Origin: Anthoceros angustus
Taxonomy: Eukaryota > Plantae > Anthocerotophyta
Direction of reading: 5' to 3'
DNA length: 64,000 nucleotides
Assembly: GCA_010909165.1 (NCBI GenBank)
Contig: MU008190.1
Coordinates: forward strand, 236,024-300,023
Part shown: piece after piece, positions 11,101 through 22,196 of the stretch
Numbering within the stretch: the first letter of the stretch is position 1
Layout: each line of letters starts with the position of its first letter
Notes under the pieces: model-generated
Seen by the model: only the letters and a program-made list of their open reading frames with translations
Database searches by the model: none
Told to the model about the DNA's origin: nothing
Position numbers and translations under genes: made by a program

Positions 11101-13047
11101 GAGGCTGGAGGCTGGAGGCTGGAACCTGACGAAACCTGGATGCTGGGCCGCAGATCGCTCGCGCGACCAACATTCTGGCTGGCTGGGGCTTCGCTGCCTG
11201 GCCTGCCCAGAGCCCAGAGCCCAGAGCCCGGAGCCCAGAGCCGGCTGCCGGGCCTGGCGAGCGAGAGGCCGTGGGCAGGAATAATAACGGAACGGGCATG
11301 GATAACGGAACGGCGAGCCGGGGCACGGGGCGCGGGGCGCGGGGCCCGGGGCCCGGGATCCGGGGCCGAGGCTGAATGAGGGAATGAGGCTGGCCATATC
11401 CTGTTGCCAGGACGACGGCGCATGATGAGCGTGTAATTTGATGTGGGCTGTGTGCTGGTGGGCCCCGGACCCTGATTTCCAAGCGCGTGGGTTTCTATTC
11501 TGGCTCACGCCACGGTGCGCAATGATTTTTTAAGTCCCTTGGCGGGCCACAAAATGCAGAAAATGAAAAGCGAGGGCAAAAGGCAAGGCTGCACGGCTGC
11601 ACCCGAACCTCCCTGCGTCGTGCCCCACCGCCAGGCGAGCTTTCCTCGCCTCCCGCCTCCCGCCTCGGCTCCCCTTCCCTTCTCCTTTCTGCTTTCTCCA
11701 TGCTCCATTCTCCACTCTCCTTTCTCCACTCTCCTTTCTCCTTTCTCCTTTCTCCAGTCTCCATTTTCCATGATCATGAGCGCGCGCGACCAAGATTTGT
11801 GCGCTTTTGCTCTCCACCCAATGACCCACATGCATACATATATATACATATGTACATACATGCATCTGCAGGCTGCAGGCTGCAGGCCCCAGGCCCCAGG
11901 CCCCAGCCCCCAGGCTCCAGCCTCCAGGCCAGTATGTGCAACCGCAAGTACATCCCACATAATAACATGGGCATGACACGAGCGGTGGTGGTGGTGGTGG
12001 TGGTGGTAGTCGTGGTGGTGGTGGTGGTGGTGCTATGTGCATGGGGCCAGGAGGTATGGAGGGCGAAATGATGATGCATGGCACAATGATGACGGCCCCT
12101 CCTGGTAGGCTGGTACCCTGGTCTCTGGTATCTGGTATGCGCGCGCGGAAAGGGTAACAAACCGGTCGGTTAAGTCTGTTCCGCCGGGCCATCAGCCATC
12201 AGCGCTTCATCATGAGGGCGCGCGGGGGCCGGGGGCCAGGGAGACCGAGACGAGCGGTCAATGCAAGCAAGGCCACATCTTGGGCTCAGGCTCAGGCCGA
12301 GCGGCCTTTGGCTTTCCCTCCAGCCTGCCAAGCCAAGGCACTCGTGCGAACGCGGGCTTCGCTTGGCTCGCATTTGTCGCACGCTGTCTTTCCCCCTTCC
12401 CTCCCCGCTCCCCGCTCCCGCTCCCGGTTCCGGTTCCGGTTCCGGTCCCCCGTCAACATCGCCCACCTACCGCCGCGTTTAACTTTATCCGCGTCTTAAC
12501 TTCCCCCCTTAATGCCGCGCCATGGATGCATGTATGTACATCCGTGTACCGGACACGCGACACGCTCCGCGCATACCCATCATCATCATGACATGACATG
12601 GCATGGCATGGCATCGCGTCGCATTGCATTCAAGGGACTGCATCGGCACACGCCATGCCCATGTCCATTTTGCACAGAAGCGAGGAAGCGAGGGAGCCAG
12701 GAAGCCAGGAAGCCAGGAAGCGAGGTGCGCGAGCGAGCGGTGGTGTGGGATATGGATCCCTCTAAATCAGCAGGAAGCAGATGCAAATCGCGAGATGGTG
12801 CCCCCCTGCCCCTCATTCCAATCACACTTACACGCCGCGCAAGGGCACTGACGAGACGAGCCTGCTGCGCCTGCGTAGGCGGTCGGCCTTGGCCTGCATT
12901 ATGGGCTGCGGCAGTCCGACTAGAGAGACCAGAGCAGCAGCGGGGCCGGGGCCGGAGCCGGAGCCGGGGCGGAGGAGAGGTCAAGTCGCATTCACTCTAC
13001 CGCAGTCTGTGCCAACCGGATTGGATGTGGTGGAAGGAGCAGAGCAA

Positions 13048-13078
<31 letters not shown>

Positions 13079-13975
13079 CGCAGGGAGAAGGGGGCCCGGG
13101 CCCCTGGCCCCGGCGCCCAGGGCACACCCAGACTGTATGTACCACACAGCGTCCAGAGGCGAGAGCAGAGCAGAGCATCCAGCGGTGGCAGGACCGAGTA
13201 CCGCGACAGCTGCATCCACGGAACGGATCCCGGGCCCCTAAATCTGGAGCTGCCTGCACAAGCGCAATTACCACATCCTGTACCAGGAATTCAAAAAACT
13301 GGGAGCGACCTTGTCTCTGCGACGCAATTACACTTCCCCTCACACTTCCCGTACCAGTACCGACACAAGGCGGGGCTCAGCTCTGCTCGACTACTCTTGC
13401 CTACTGCACTCTACTCTACTGCGCAAAGCCCGAAAACATACATACATACATACATACATCCATACATAGGACCCAAGAACTGAAGAAATCCACGGCAAGG
13501 CATGGCCGACGGCTGCCGCTGCTCGCCCACTGACAGGACAGGCTACAGCCCAGCCAGTAGGAGTACTAGTGGTCAAGTCCCCTTCACCACACACAACAGG
13601 CAGACAGACCAGAAGAACAAAGCAGACAGCAGCACAGAGCAGCAGAGCAGCAGAGCTGCAGAGCAGCAGAGCACGGTCTTCCAGCTATAAATGTCAGCTC
13701 AAGTGTGCGAACCAACATGTGGACCACTGCCGAGGCCTCCCAACCGGCCCGCCTCAGCCCCAGCTCCAGCCCCAGCCCCAGCCCCGCCTTCGCCCCGCCC
13801 CAGCCCCTGGCCGCGGCCCCGGCCCCGCCCTATTTTGTCTTCTTTTCCCATTTTCGAACTCTCTTCCCTTCTCATTCTACCGCCTCCGGCTAGGCTACCC
13901 TCTGCCCCTGCCTTCCATGCTTTCTTCGTATAGCCATGGCGTCCCAAACGACTCGAGTGCAAACAGGAAATACTA
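8200..13975. repeat. GC-rich, microsatellite-dense non-coding stretch ((GT)n, (GGT)n, (GCAGA)n, (CAGGAG)n, (CATA)n, (CCTGGC)n etc.)
   Basis: For example (GT)n about 9037-9066, (TGTAGC)n about 9891-9913, (GGT)n 11984-12032, (CATA)n about 13436-13466. ORFs here are low-complexity translations of SSRs. Confidence 0.8.
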
Positions 13976-14703
13976 ATGCATGCCAATATACCTAAGTTAG
14001 TTTTAATATACATCTATATTCATCTTTTAAAAATAATAGATAAACTAACTTTAAAACAATATAGGTTACTAAAATCATTATCATCCTTCTTTTCTTAGAT
14101 AGAAAAATAAGCTTTGTTTTTTTTTTACAAAATTGCTATGAGAAAAGATTGTGATCATTGTTTTGAATTCAAGTTCATTTCAAAAACAAAACAAGGCTTA
14201 CATTTATCAAAGAACTTGATTTTAATTTAATAAATTATCAAAATTAATATATTATATTATATTGATGTACTACTCACACTCATTACTTTCAACTTAGATC
14301 ACTTCAAACTAGAATATGATTGAGTGCTATCTTCACAAGCTTCTTATGCAAGGCTTAAGTTGAAATTCATAGAGTCATATCACCATCAGTAAGCATTACT
14401 CATCAGAACAAGCCAACCTTCATCGCAATTGAACATAGAGGATGCAACATCATGCTTTAGCATAGAAACTCATCAATGTTTAATTGTTTTTTGTGGGTTT
14501 CAATAAAACGATACAACCTAATTACGACATATTTTGATAACAATGTGCTCTACCAAGTATACTAGTTTTAGGTGATGAGACTACATTCAACAACTCGCAA
14601 CAAACTTACATTGAACTATACAACATTCTTATTCAATCTTATGATATGTGGAATCCTTCCAAGTCAACAACGACAGGGAGGATAATACCCACACCGAGCT
14701 ATC

Positions 14704-16452
14704 ATGGGATGTGCTCCTTCAACTTTTGTCACTCCCTTCTTTCCTTTTCAATCTTCAAATTTAAGCAAAAACAAAGCATGGGCAACTCAAGATACTCGCA
14801 AATACATGACCACAACGACTAATTGTATAAGAACCCAAAACATGTGTTGTCAACTAGATTCGCATCGAACCATTGATGCTTTAGCACTCAAGCCAAATGT
14901 CGCCATCGTCGGTTTACGGGCCACTTGGATAACACCATTTCTGCTTGCCATGTGTCACCCTTGTGATGTTTTAGTGGCAAAATATAACATCATTAACCAA
15001 TTTCAAGAAAGTAAAATTGTTGCTCTAGTGAATTTACAAGTTCCTGGTGAACATTCATTATGCAGGACTTCACATGTCAAACGAGATAGTGGTTTTACTT
15101 ACACACCAGAGTTGTTCATGCAAAGCAATATCCAATATTACAACTTTCCATGGATGAAGGAGAAAACACGCAACCTAGATTACACTTTGTCCATTATCCA
15201 AATTGTGGATTCTAGGGTTTGCAATGGAGGGAAGGTGGCAATTCATTCTTATTCAGGTCGCCGACGTAGTGTGTTGATTATTGCATGTTACTTAGTATTT
15301 TCTCAAAAATGTAGTGCCCTTGAGGCTGTGGATTTGGTGCACAAGACAAAACCTAAGTTTATAACTTCAAGTCAGCTGAAACATGTCAGGTTGTTTGAAA
15401 AGTATTTGTCAAACTTGAGGTATGTCTTTGAGCAGCCCTCAAAGCCTCTCAAAATTCATAAAAAGAATAAATTCCAATCACTAGAAAGTTTCATGGAAAA
15501 ACAAAGAAAAATTTTACATGGAGAAGAAATTCGGATTTTCTATAACACACCTAAAATCTTACATTGTGTGATAAAAGAATCAGTACAAAGGGCAAGCCAA
15601 TATAAAAAAAATAGAGAGAAATTGGCACGAGCTTTTCTCCATGAGCTTGAGTATGAGGTTGGAAGCGAAGTAAACCCTATTCTTGAGGAAGATGCCGCTA
15701 TAATCCTGAGAATAAAACGTAATATGGATAGTGGTGATTATAGTGGTTTGCAACATCTTGAGATACATAATCTTTTAAGACTAATCCTTGACTGGATCTC
15801 TTTGCTAAGACAACCAATTGTTCCTGACTGGATTCTCACTACTGCATTGAGCAAAGGAGAGATATTGAGCTCCATTACCGAGCTTCAAAAATGTACTAAA
15901 TCTGCATTTGCAACCTTTCAAATTTTGGCTTGTTGGATGTATCAAATTGTGCCTAGTAAAGCACGTCTCACTCGAAGACTTTATGGGGGACTTGCTCATA
16001 TTCTCCTAAGGCACACAGGCTTACATAATTTGCCAGAAAGTAAGATCATCCCTATTATTCAAAAAAGGCCTTCTAAAATGAAAGAAAGATTTTCCATTAT
16101 ATCAAAGGTAACACAAGGTATCACTAGGTTCAAACCAACCATTCTAGAAGTAGAATTTGGTCTACTATTGGAGGCAACAGCTCGCCACTGGTGTAAATTG
16201 GGTACGTCAAGCATACCAAGTTCTAAAGCAAGCACTAGTGGACTAGCTGCTCTATCATCGGCCCCAAACACATGCAATCACGGACCAAAAATTTATTTAT
16301 CAAAAACACTTAATGTATCATATATTATCTATGTAGAACCTTTGTTGTTAAATCGGCCTAGCTTAGATGTTGAGCCATTAAATGAAGAGTTGATTAAAAA
16401 CTTGGAGAGAACTTCTTCCATAGGCAATAAAAAAAGCTCATTATGGCCATAG
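14704..16452 (+). CDS. PTPDC1: PTPDC1-like protein tyrosine phosphatase domain protein, predicted catalytically dead (C to S), intronless, 582 aa
   Basis: ITPFLLAMCHP..KYNIINQF..NLQVPGEH..CR..DSGFTYTPELFMQ..YYNFPW..GKVAIHSYSGRRRSVLIIACYLVF parallels human PTPDC1 (ITDNILAMARP..NLQRPGEHASCG..ESGFTYLPEAFM..GKVAIHCHAGLGRTGVLIACYLVF). LDWISLLRQPIV resembles the PTPDC1 C-terminal WLEQLKEPV block. Confidence 0.85.
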   Translation: MGCAPSTFVTPFFPFQSSNLSKNKAWATQDTRKYMTTTTNCIRTQNMCCQLDSHRTIDALALKPNVAIVGLRATWITPFLLAMCHPCDVLVAKYNIINQFQESKIVALVNLQVPGEHSLCRTSHVKRDSGFTYTPELFMQSNIQYYNFPWMKEKTRNLDYTLSIIQIVDSRVCNGGKVAIHSYSGRRRSVLIIACYLVFSQKCSALEAVDLVHKTKPKFITSSQLKHVRLFEKYLSNLRYVFEQPSKPLKIHKKNKFQSLESFMEKQRKILHGEEIRIFYNTPKILHCVIKESVQRASQYKKNREKLARAFLHELEYEVGSEVNPILEEDAAIILRIKRNMDSGDYSGLQHLEIHNLLRLILDWISLLRQPIVPDWILTTALSKGEILSSITELQKCTKSAFATFQILACWMYQIVPSKARLTRRLYGGLAHILLRHTGLHNLPESKIIPIIQKRPSKMKERFSIISKVTQGITRFKPTILEVEFGLLLEATARHWCKLGTSSIPSSKASTSGLAALSSAPNTCNHGPKIYLSKTLNVSYIIYVEPLLLNRPSLDVEPLNEELIKNLERTSSIGNKKSSLWP

Positions 16453-19400
16453 CGCTGTAGAGCAGAGATATTTTAATCAAATAATTATTATTATAGGTAC
16501 TTATTGCCAAAGAGTATTTTGAATACATTAATAGTACATCGTTCTACTAAATTAATAGTATTATGTTTGCATGTTAAAACAAATGGTTCCACGTTTTAGG
16601 TCATAGACACACATACATGGGAGGCCATCGGGTACATTGACGGCAACCTCTAGCCTCTCAACCTCACGCTAGCGCCGACAACATCCACCAATTGATATTT
16701 TTTGCTACCGTATATCCGACCGTGGCTGACATCCAAGACAACAGTTGAGAGAATTTAGTGCACACGCTTGGATACCATGTACCACGCTGCGCTTCACCTA
16801 CCGAGTTGGTCAATGTTTGATGTTTGTTTCACGACTCTCTTTTTATGTTCGTCCTTTGGTTTTCAAACTTATTTCTTACATATTTGATTCAAGACTCACT
16901 TATGTTTCGAATATGACCTCATAGGTCACTTCATTGAAAGAGGAGAGATGAGGTGAACCTATCTTACTTCTATTCGTCCTTTAACTTATTTATGTTTGTC
17001 CTTTGCTTTTTGTACTCAAGGACACTCGTGGTATAGTTAGAGCTTACGTGTACTTGTCCTATGGTTGCTTACTTATACTTGTCTTATGGTTTTTGAATTA
17101 TGTGGTATAAGGAACTCACTCATGACTTTTATTTTCTTTGGGAGTCTTCGTTCGAACTCACTTGTAAGGTCGTTTATTTGTAAGAGCTTTGTAAGTTTTA
17201 GTGGAAAGCTTTGAAAGTTGCTATTCTACTCATGAGAGCCTCGAGAGAAGAGTGGTTTATCTTGCATGGGAGAAGGGTAGGAAAAGGGGCCACTCAGGAA
17301 AGGCATTTTGTGTGAGGAAGTTAAGTTGTATTGGTTAATAATTAGGTGTTATCTTTTTGTTAAGTGGAGGGTTGCACCCCATGACCTGAAATGCACTAGG
17401 GAATTGGCGCGTCAACTTTGCAAAGATGCTGATGAGAGGAGGTGGCTGGAGGTGAAGCCCTCGGCCGAGGTGGAGGAGGAGGTGGATCCATTGGTGAGGA
17501 TCCTAAGTCCCTCTCCGGCTTGCCTTAGTCCCTATGGCGTGCAAGCCGGAGAGAGAGAGAGAGAGGAACGAGGAGAGTGTTGCTGTTGTGGGTTGCAGGC
17601 AGAGAGAGCCAAGTCCCAATGTCCAAAGCAGAGAGGTTACAACTTCCGGGAGGCGAGCAGATGCCGTTAAACTCTTCCATGCTCCACAGCCTGGAGGGAG
17701 AGCAGGAGCAGGAGCAGGAGCAGTGCGAGAGTGAGAGAGAGTGGAGTGACTAGAGTCCAGTTGCGCTGGACACGCAGCGAGAGCAGGCTCCACGTTGTTC
17801 AGTCCCCACCCTCCTCTCTCTCTTTCCCAAAGCTGGTCTGCTGCTACGGCTTGCTGCTAACAGCTTCTTCCTTCCCTCGCTGCCCCAGAGAAAGCCCAAG
17901 CCCGGTGCCCAGTCCCCGGGCGCCTCGTGGACGGAGCCCCCTCCTGCTGCACACACTCTGGGCTGCGCGCGGACGGGACGGGACGGGTCAGGTGCGTGAC
18001 CTCGGTTAGCTTGCTGCTGCTTTCACACCGCCTCACCCCTGCTGCCTGCTTCCGCTTCGTACTTGTGGCCTACCACTTACCACTTCCCACTACACTACTT
18101 GGCTGGCTTTGCCCTCTGCCTCCTCCCCGGAGTCTAATCGGGTAGCTCCGCAGAGCAAATCAGGCAGACCCACCGCCTGTTTGTCCCAGCTCCAGCACCC
18201 AGCCTCCTTCCTTGCCTTCCCTCCCCCTCCTCTTTCCGGTTTCAAATCTTTGCTGGCTGCCTCTGCAGCAGCAGCTGCTGCTGCACCTGCACCTGCACCT
18301 GAACCTGCACCTGTCCCTGCCCCTGCCCCTGCCTCTACCCCTACCCCTACCCCTGCCCCTGCCCCTGCCCCGCCCCTGCCCCTGCCCCTGCGCGCTCGCA
18401 TCTGCATCTGCCCTCCGCTCCGCCCAGGAAGCTCCCGGAGCTGCCACTAATTCGGAGCCCAGGCGGAGGCCCAGGCGGGAGATCCCACATTTGTGCTCGC
18501 CGGGGCGGCCTCTGCCCACCAGCTCGCTGCTTCGCTTCGCTTGGCTTCTTGCTGGTACCACCACCCTCAACTGCCCTGCTTGCCCCGCTTCTTGGCCCGA
18601 TCCCGGATCCGATGGCTAATTGCCACCCGCCCTCTATGCCGCTGCAATTCATGGCTCCGCATCCTTAGTTCAATTTCCTCCTCCCTCCGCGCATGCGCAC
18701 TCCCTAGATCTCTCTCTCCGCCGGGCTCTGCTCCTGCCACTGCCCGCTCTTTCCTCTTCTTGGCCTGCCTGCCTTGCCTGGCCTGGCCTTGCATGGTGGG
18801 CGTGCGGGGTTTGGCTGCACCCGGGATTGCGATTCTCCTGCGCGACTGCTGTTAGCGGACTGGACAGACTGTGTTTCTGCAAATCTTTATGCTCAGCCTC
18901 TTTGCTTTCGTCTGGCTCGCACCCTCAGTCTATCTGTGCCCGTGAGTGTGTGTGTGTCTCTGACGTTTGCAGCTTCTTGTTTTCCTTTCCTCCCCTTTCC
19001 TGTGTGGTGGGTTCCGGTGAAGGCCCATCCACCGCATGCCCTGCAAGCCTCCAGGCCTGGCCTGGATAGCAGCGTAGGGTTTGAGCGCCTTCTTGGAGCG
19101 GACTTCCGTGAGTGGCATGGAAATTTTTTTTGGGATGTGCTGCGGTATTTTTAGTTGCTGGGGAAAGCTGTTCGAAGCGGACGGGGAAGCGGAGCAAGGG
19201 CTTTTGTGCTCCCACATTTTTGTGAAAGAATTGGATTGCTACAGGCCTGCGCTTGTCAATCCTTTGTGACTGTGACTGCACTCCGCTCACCGCTGCCTCC
19301 GGATTCCAACTCCTGCTCTCCAGATTGGGCCTGCCCAGTTCTGTCCAGCCCAGCCCAGCCCAGGGCGGTGATGCTGCTGCTGCTGCTCTGCTCTTTCTTG

Positions 19401-20309
19401 CCGCCTCCAGGAGGCTCTTGAATTTGGTCGGGCCGAGCCAGTCGGGTTCTTGACAGGATTGGGGCTGTGCGGAATAGATTGTCGCAGAGCCGAGCAGAAT
19501 TTGGGTCGGGTGGGGCGTCGAATGCTTGTACCCAGCGCGAGTGTACAGGCCAGGTCGGCGGCTTGTGTCGGGGACTCCCCCGGCACCTCAGAGCATGAGA
19601 GATCCCTGGGCACCCGTGAAGCTGCGGGCTTGAGCGAGCGGCAAGAAGCGGAATCTGCGTGGTGCGTTGCCACCGGATGTTCCCCCCGCTGCCAGGGCCC
19701 TGGCTCCACCCGCTGGGAATTGCTGCTGGCCACAAGCGCCGGAGACGATGTTGGTTCGCCTCCTGCGGAATCTGAACTCGGGCGCTTTGGAGATAAGATT
19801 TTGGGACTTCCCGCACGTGCAGCAAGTTCACTAGCTGTGGGTATTCTCCTGTCGCCGCCTCTGCCTCTGCTGGAGTATTCTTGTTGCCAAGGCAGGCAGG
19901 GGATTTAGTAGTCTTTTCTTTGCAGACAGACAGACATCACCACCACCGTCGTCGTCGTCTGCCACCAGCAGAAGCAGCCTGTGTGGGGCAGGCCAGGGGC
20001 TATCTCAACTGCCACCAATGTTGTAAAGAATCGGACGAGTAAGTCGAGTCCCTTGGAACCACTCCAAGGGTTTGCCATCTTCTGGTGGGTCGAAGAAACG
20101 GAAGGATTGGGCGTAGGGTTGGCTGGTGGACAAGCATCTCAGCGCTCTGGAGACCCAAGACCTGGACCTCGGTGAAGAAGTGTTCTTCCAGGTGTAGGTG
20201 AAATGGAGGACAGGTCTGTAAAGTAGGCAGAGTCTGCTACAGGCCACAGGCACAGGAAGAGCCACAGGGAGGCTACAAAGCCTAGGAATGCTGGTGCCCT
20301 TCACCTGCT

Positions 20310-21412
20310 ATGGCTGAGTCTAGCCAGGCGCTGGTGCCAGTCCCAGGCCCCTTGGAGGAGTTGGCACCTCTGTCGGGCGAGGTGTCGGGAGGGGACAAGG
20401 GGCGGGAGTACCGTAAAGGCAACTGGACTCTCCAAGAAACCATGATACTCATATCGGCCAAGAAGCTGGACGACGAGCGCAGGCTCAAGGGAGGTGACAA
20501 GGAGAAGAGCAAGACCGCCGAATTCCGGTGGAAGTGGGTGGAAAACTACTGCTGGAAGCACGACTGTCAACGAAGCCAGAACCAGTGCAACGACAAGTGG
20601 GACAACCTGCTCAGGGACTACAAGAAAGTGAGGGACCACGAATCCAAGCTGCTGCCGGGCCAGAAATCCTACTGGAACCTAGAGAAGCACGAAAGGAAGG
20701 AAAGGTCTCTGCCTTCCAACCTCTCCCCTCAGGTCTACGAGGCTCTGCACGACATCATCGACAAACGCCACAACACACCCAAGCTCACGCATTCCGGTGG
20801 AACTGCTGGGACCACTTCCGTTCCCATGCAACCCCTTCCCCCACCACCGGAGCACCAGCAACCCGCTTCTGGTGAGTTCCCTCTCACACGCCTCACTTCC
20901 TTCGTCCCTGGTGTGTCTTTTTGTTTCGTTTTTTCCTTTTTCTCGTGTCCCAGCCATTGTTGGGGTTGTGAAGCTGAGCAGAGGGCATGTTCTGTACAGG
21001 AAACAACCGGGAATGTCTGCCTGCCTTGGAAGACGGGATTTCCCTGTTGCTGTCTCACATCAATGCTGTACCATGGCTTGCAGATGGGGATGACAGCTCT
21101 GAGAATGATGAGAGTGGCGGAGTGCAACCATCACCGGCCAAGAAGCGGAAGTATACCCCTTCTTCCGAGGGCATTGGCCCTGCCCTGTCCAAGAGCACCT
21201 CAGAGTTGTCCCAAACTTTGTTAGCCTGTGAGGAGATGAGGGAGAAACGGCACAACGACATCCTAGCGGTAAAACAGGAAAAAGTCCGTATCGCTCAAGA
21301 AAGGAAAGAGATCAAGCGGCAGGGCTTTACCGGGCTCATCGAGGCAATGAACAATCTTGCCCATGCCATTCGGGTACTGGCCTCTGATAAGGCAGGCGCA
21401 GGTCATGGTTGA
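20310..21412 (+). CDS. Trihelix (Myb/SANT-like) transcription factor, SH4-like clade; exons 20310-20871, 21084-21412 (296 aa)
   Basis: YRKGNWTLQETMILISAKKLDDERR...WKWVENYCWKHDCQRSQNQCNDKWDNLLRDYKKVRDHE, plus a C-terminal coiled coil. Phase-1 GT-AG intron; 891 nt total. Confidence 0.92.
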
Positions 21413-22196
21413 GCAAACCCAGCAAGCAGCAACCACCCAGCAGCAAGCAGCAACCACCCAGCAGCAAGCATCAGCAGCAAGCATCAGTCAGCAGCAGCAG
21501 AGGCCATCCCAGCGCCCTGCCCTGCCCTGCCCAGCCATGCCCTGCCCAGCCTAGGCCGCTTCCCCGAAGCCCCGTATGGTCGATCCATTCTTTCAAATTG
21601 CTCACTAGGCGTGTAGTCTGCCGTCCATTGTTGGTTAGATTAAAGCCGCACGCTGCAGATTGTTGTCATTCCCGATCGTCGTATAGATTTTTGTACAAGA
21701 ACCCGTAGGTGACACGGCTCATCAATGGATCCATTCCATTTTTTGGCATCCCCTCCTGGTGATCTGGTTCTTCCTTCATGCGCCATGTCGTTGCTTCAAA
21801 CGACAAGACCTTCACGTACTAGTTCGGATGTACATACATAGAGAAAATGTGTAGAGTTGATCAGCGATGTCAGGTCGGTAATGCCTGTACCATCTCCACC
21901 TGGTGCAGGACAGCAAGAATTTTCCCATTCACGACAACGTGTGTCAGAATTTAGAAGCCCTCCCGGCTTCTATCCACTCTGTGACGTGCTGTCCTGCTCC
22001 TCGAACAGAGGAACTGCTTATCAGATTCCATGCGAAGCATTTTCGAGATCCTCACTCTAGGCACCTTTCCTCCGCCCCTCGTAACGAAAAAAGAATAGAC
22101 CTAAAAACTAAAGCGCTTGGAACTTGGCCGTAACGAGGGTTTCTTTCTCTTCCGTTCCGCGCATCAGATGTGACGGTGTTGCACTTCCTGCTCTTC

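Noticed and set aside
11377-11400. GGGAATGAGGCTGG resembling a miR166 complement
   Set aside because: Too many mismatches and gaps versus GGGGAATGAAGCCTGGTCCGA; no HD-ZIP ORF or hairpin.
13705-13893. AP/SP-rich small ORF after a TATA box as an arabinogalactan peptide
   Set aside because: No signal peptide and no convincing GPI signal.
10485-13976. Many long ORFs (e.g. 12512-13483, 10628-11482, 11530-12192)
   Set aside because: Low-complexity translations of SSRs in GC-rich, stop-poor DNA; no domain motifs.
16620-16760. GYIDGN..P / QD as a Copia gag relic
   Set aside because: Only a few residues, interrupted by stops; cannot be supported.
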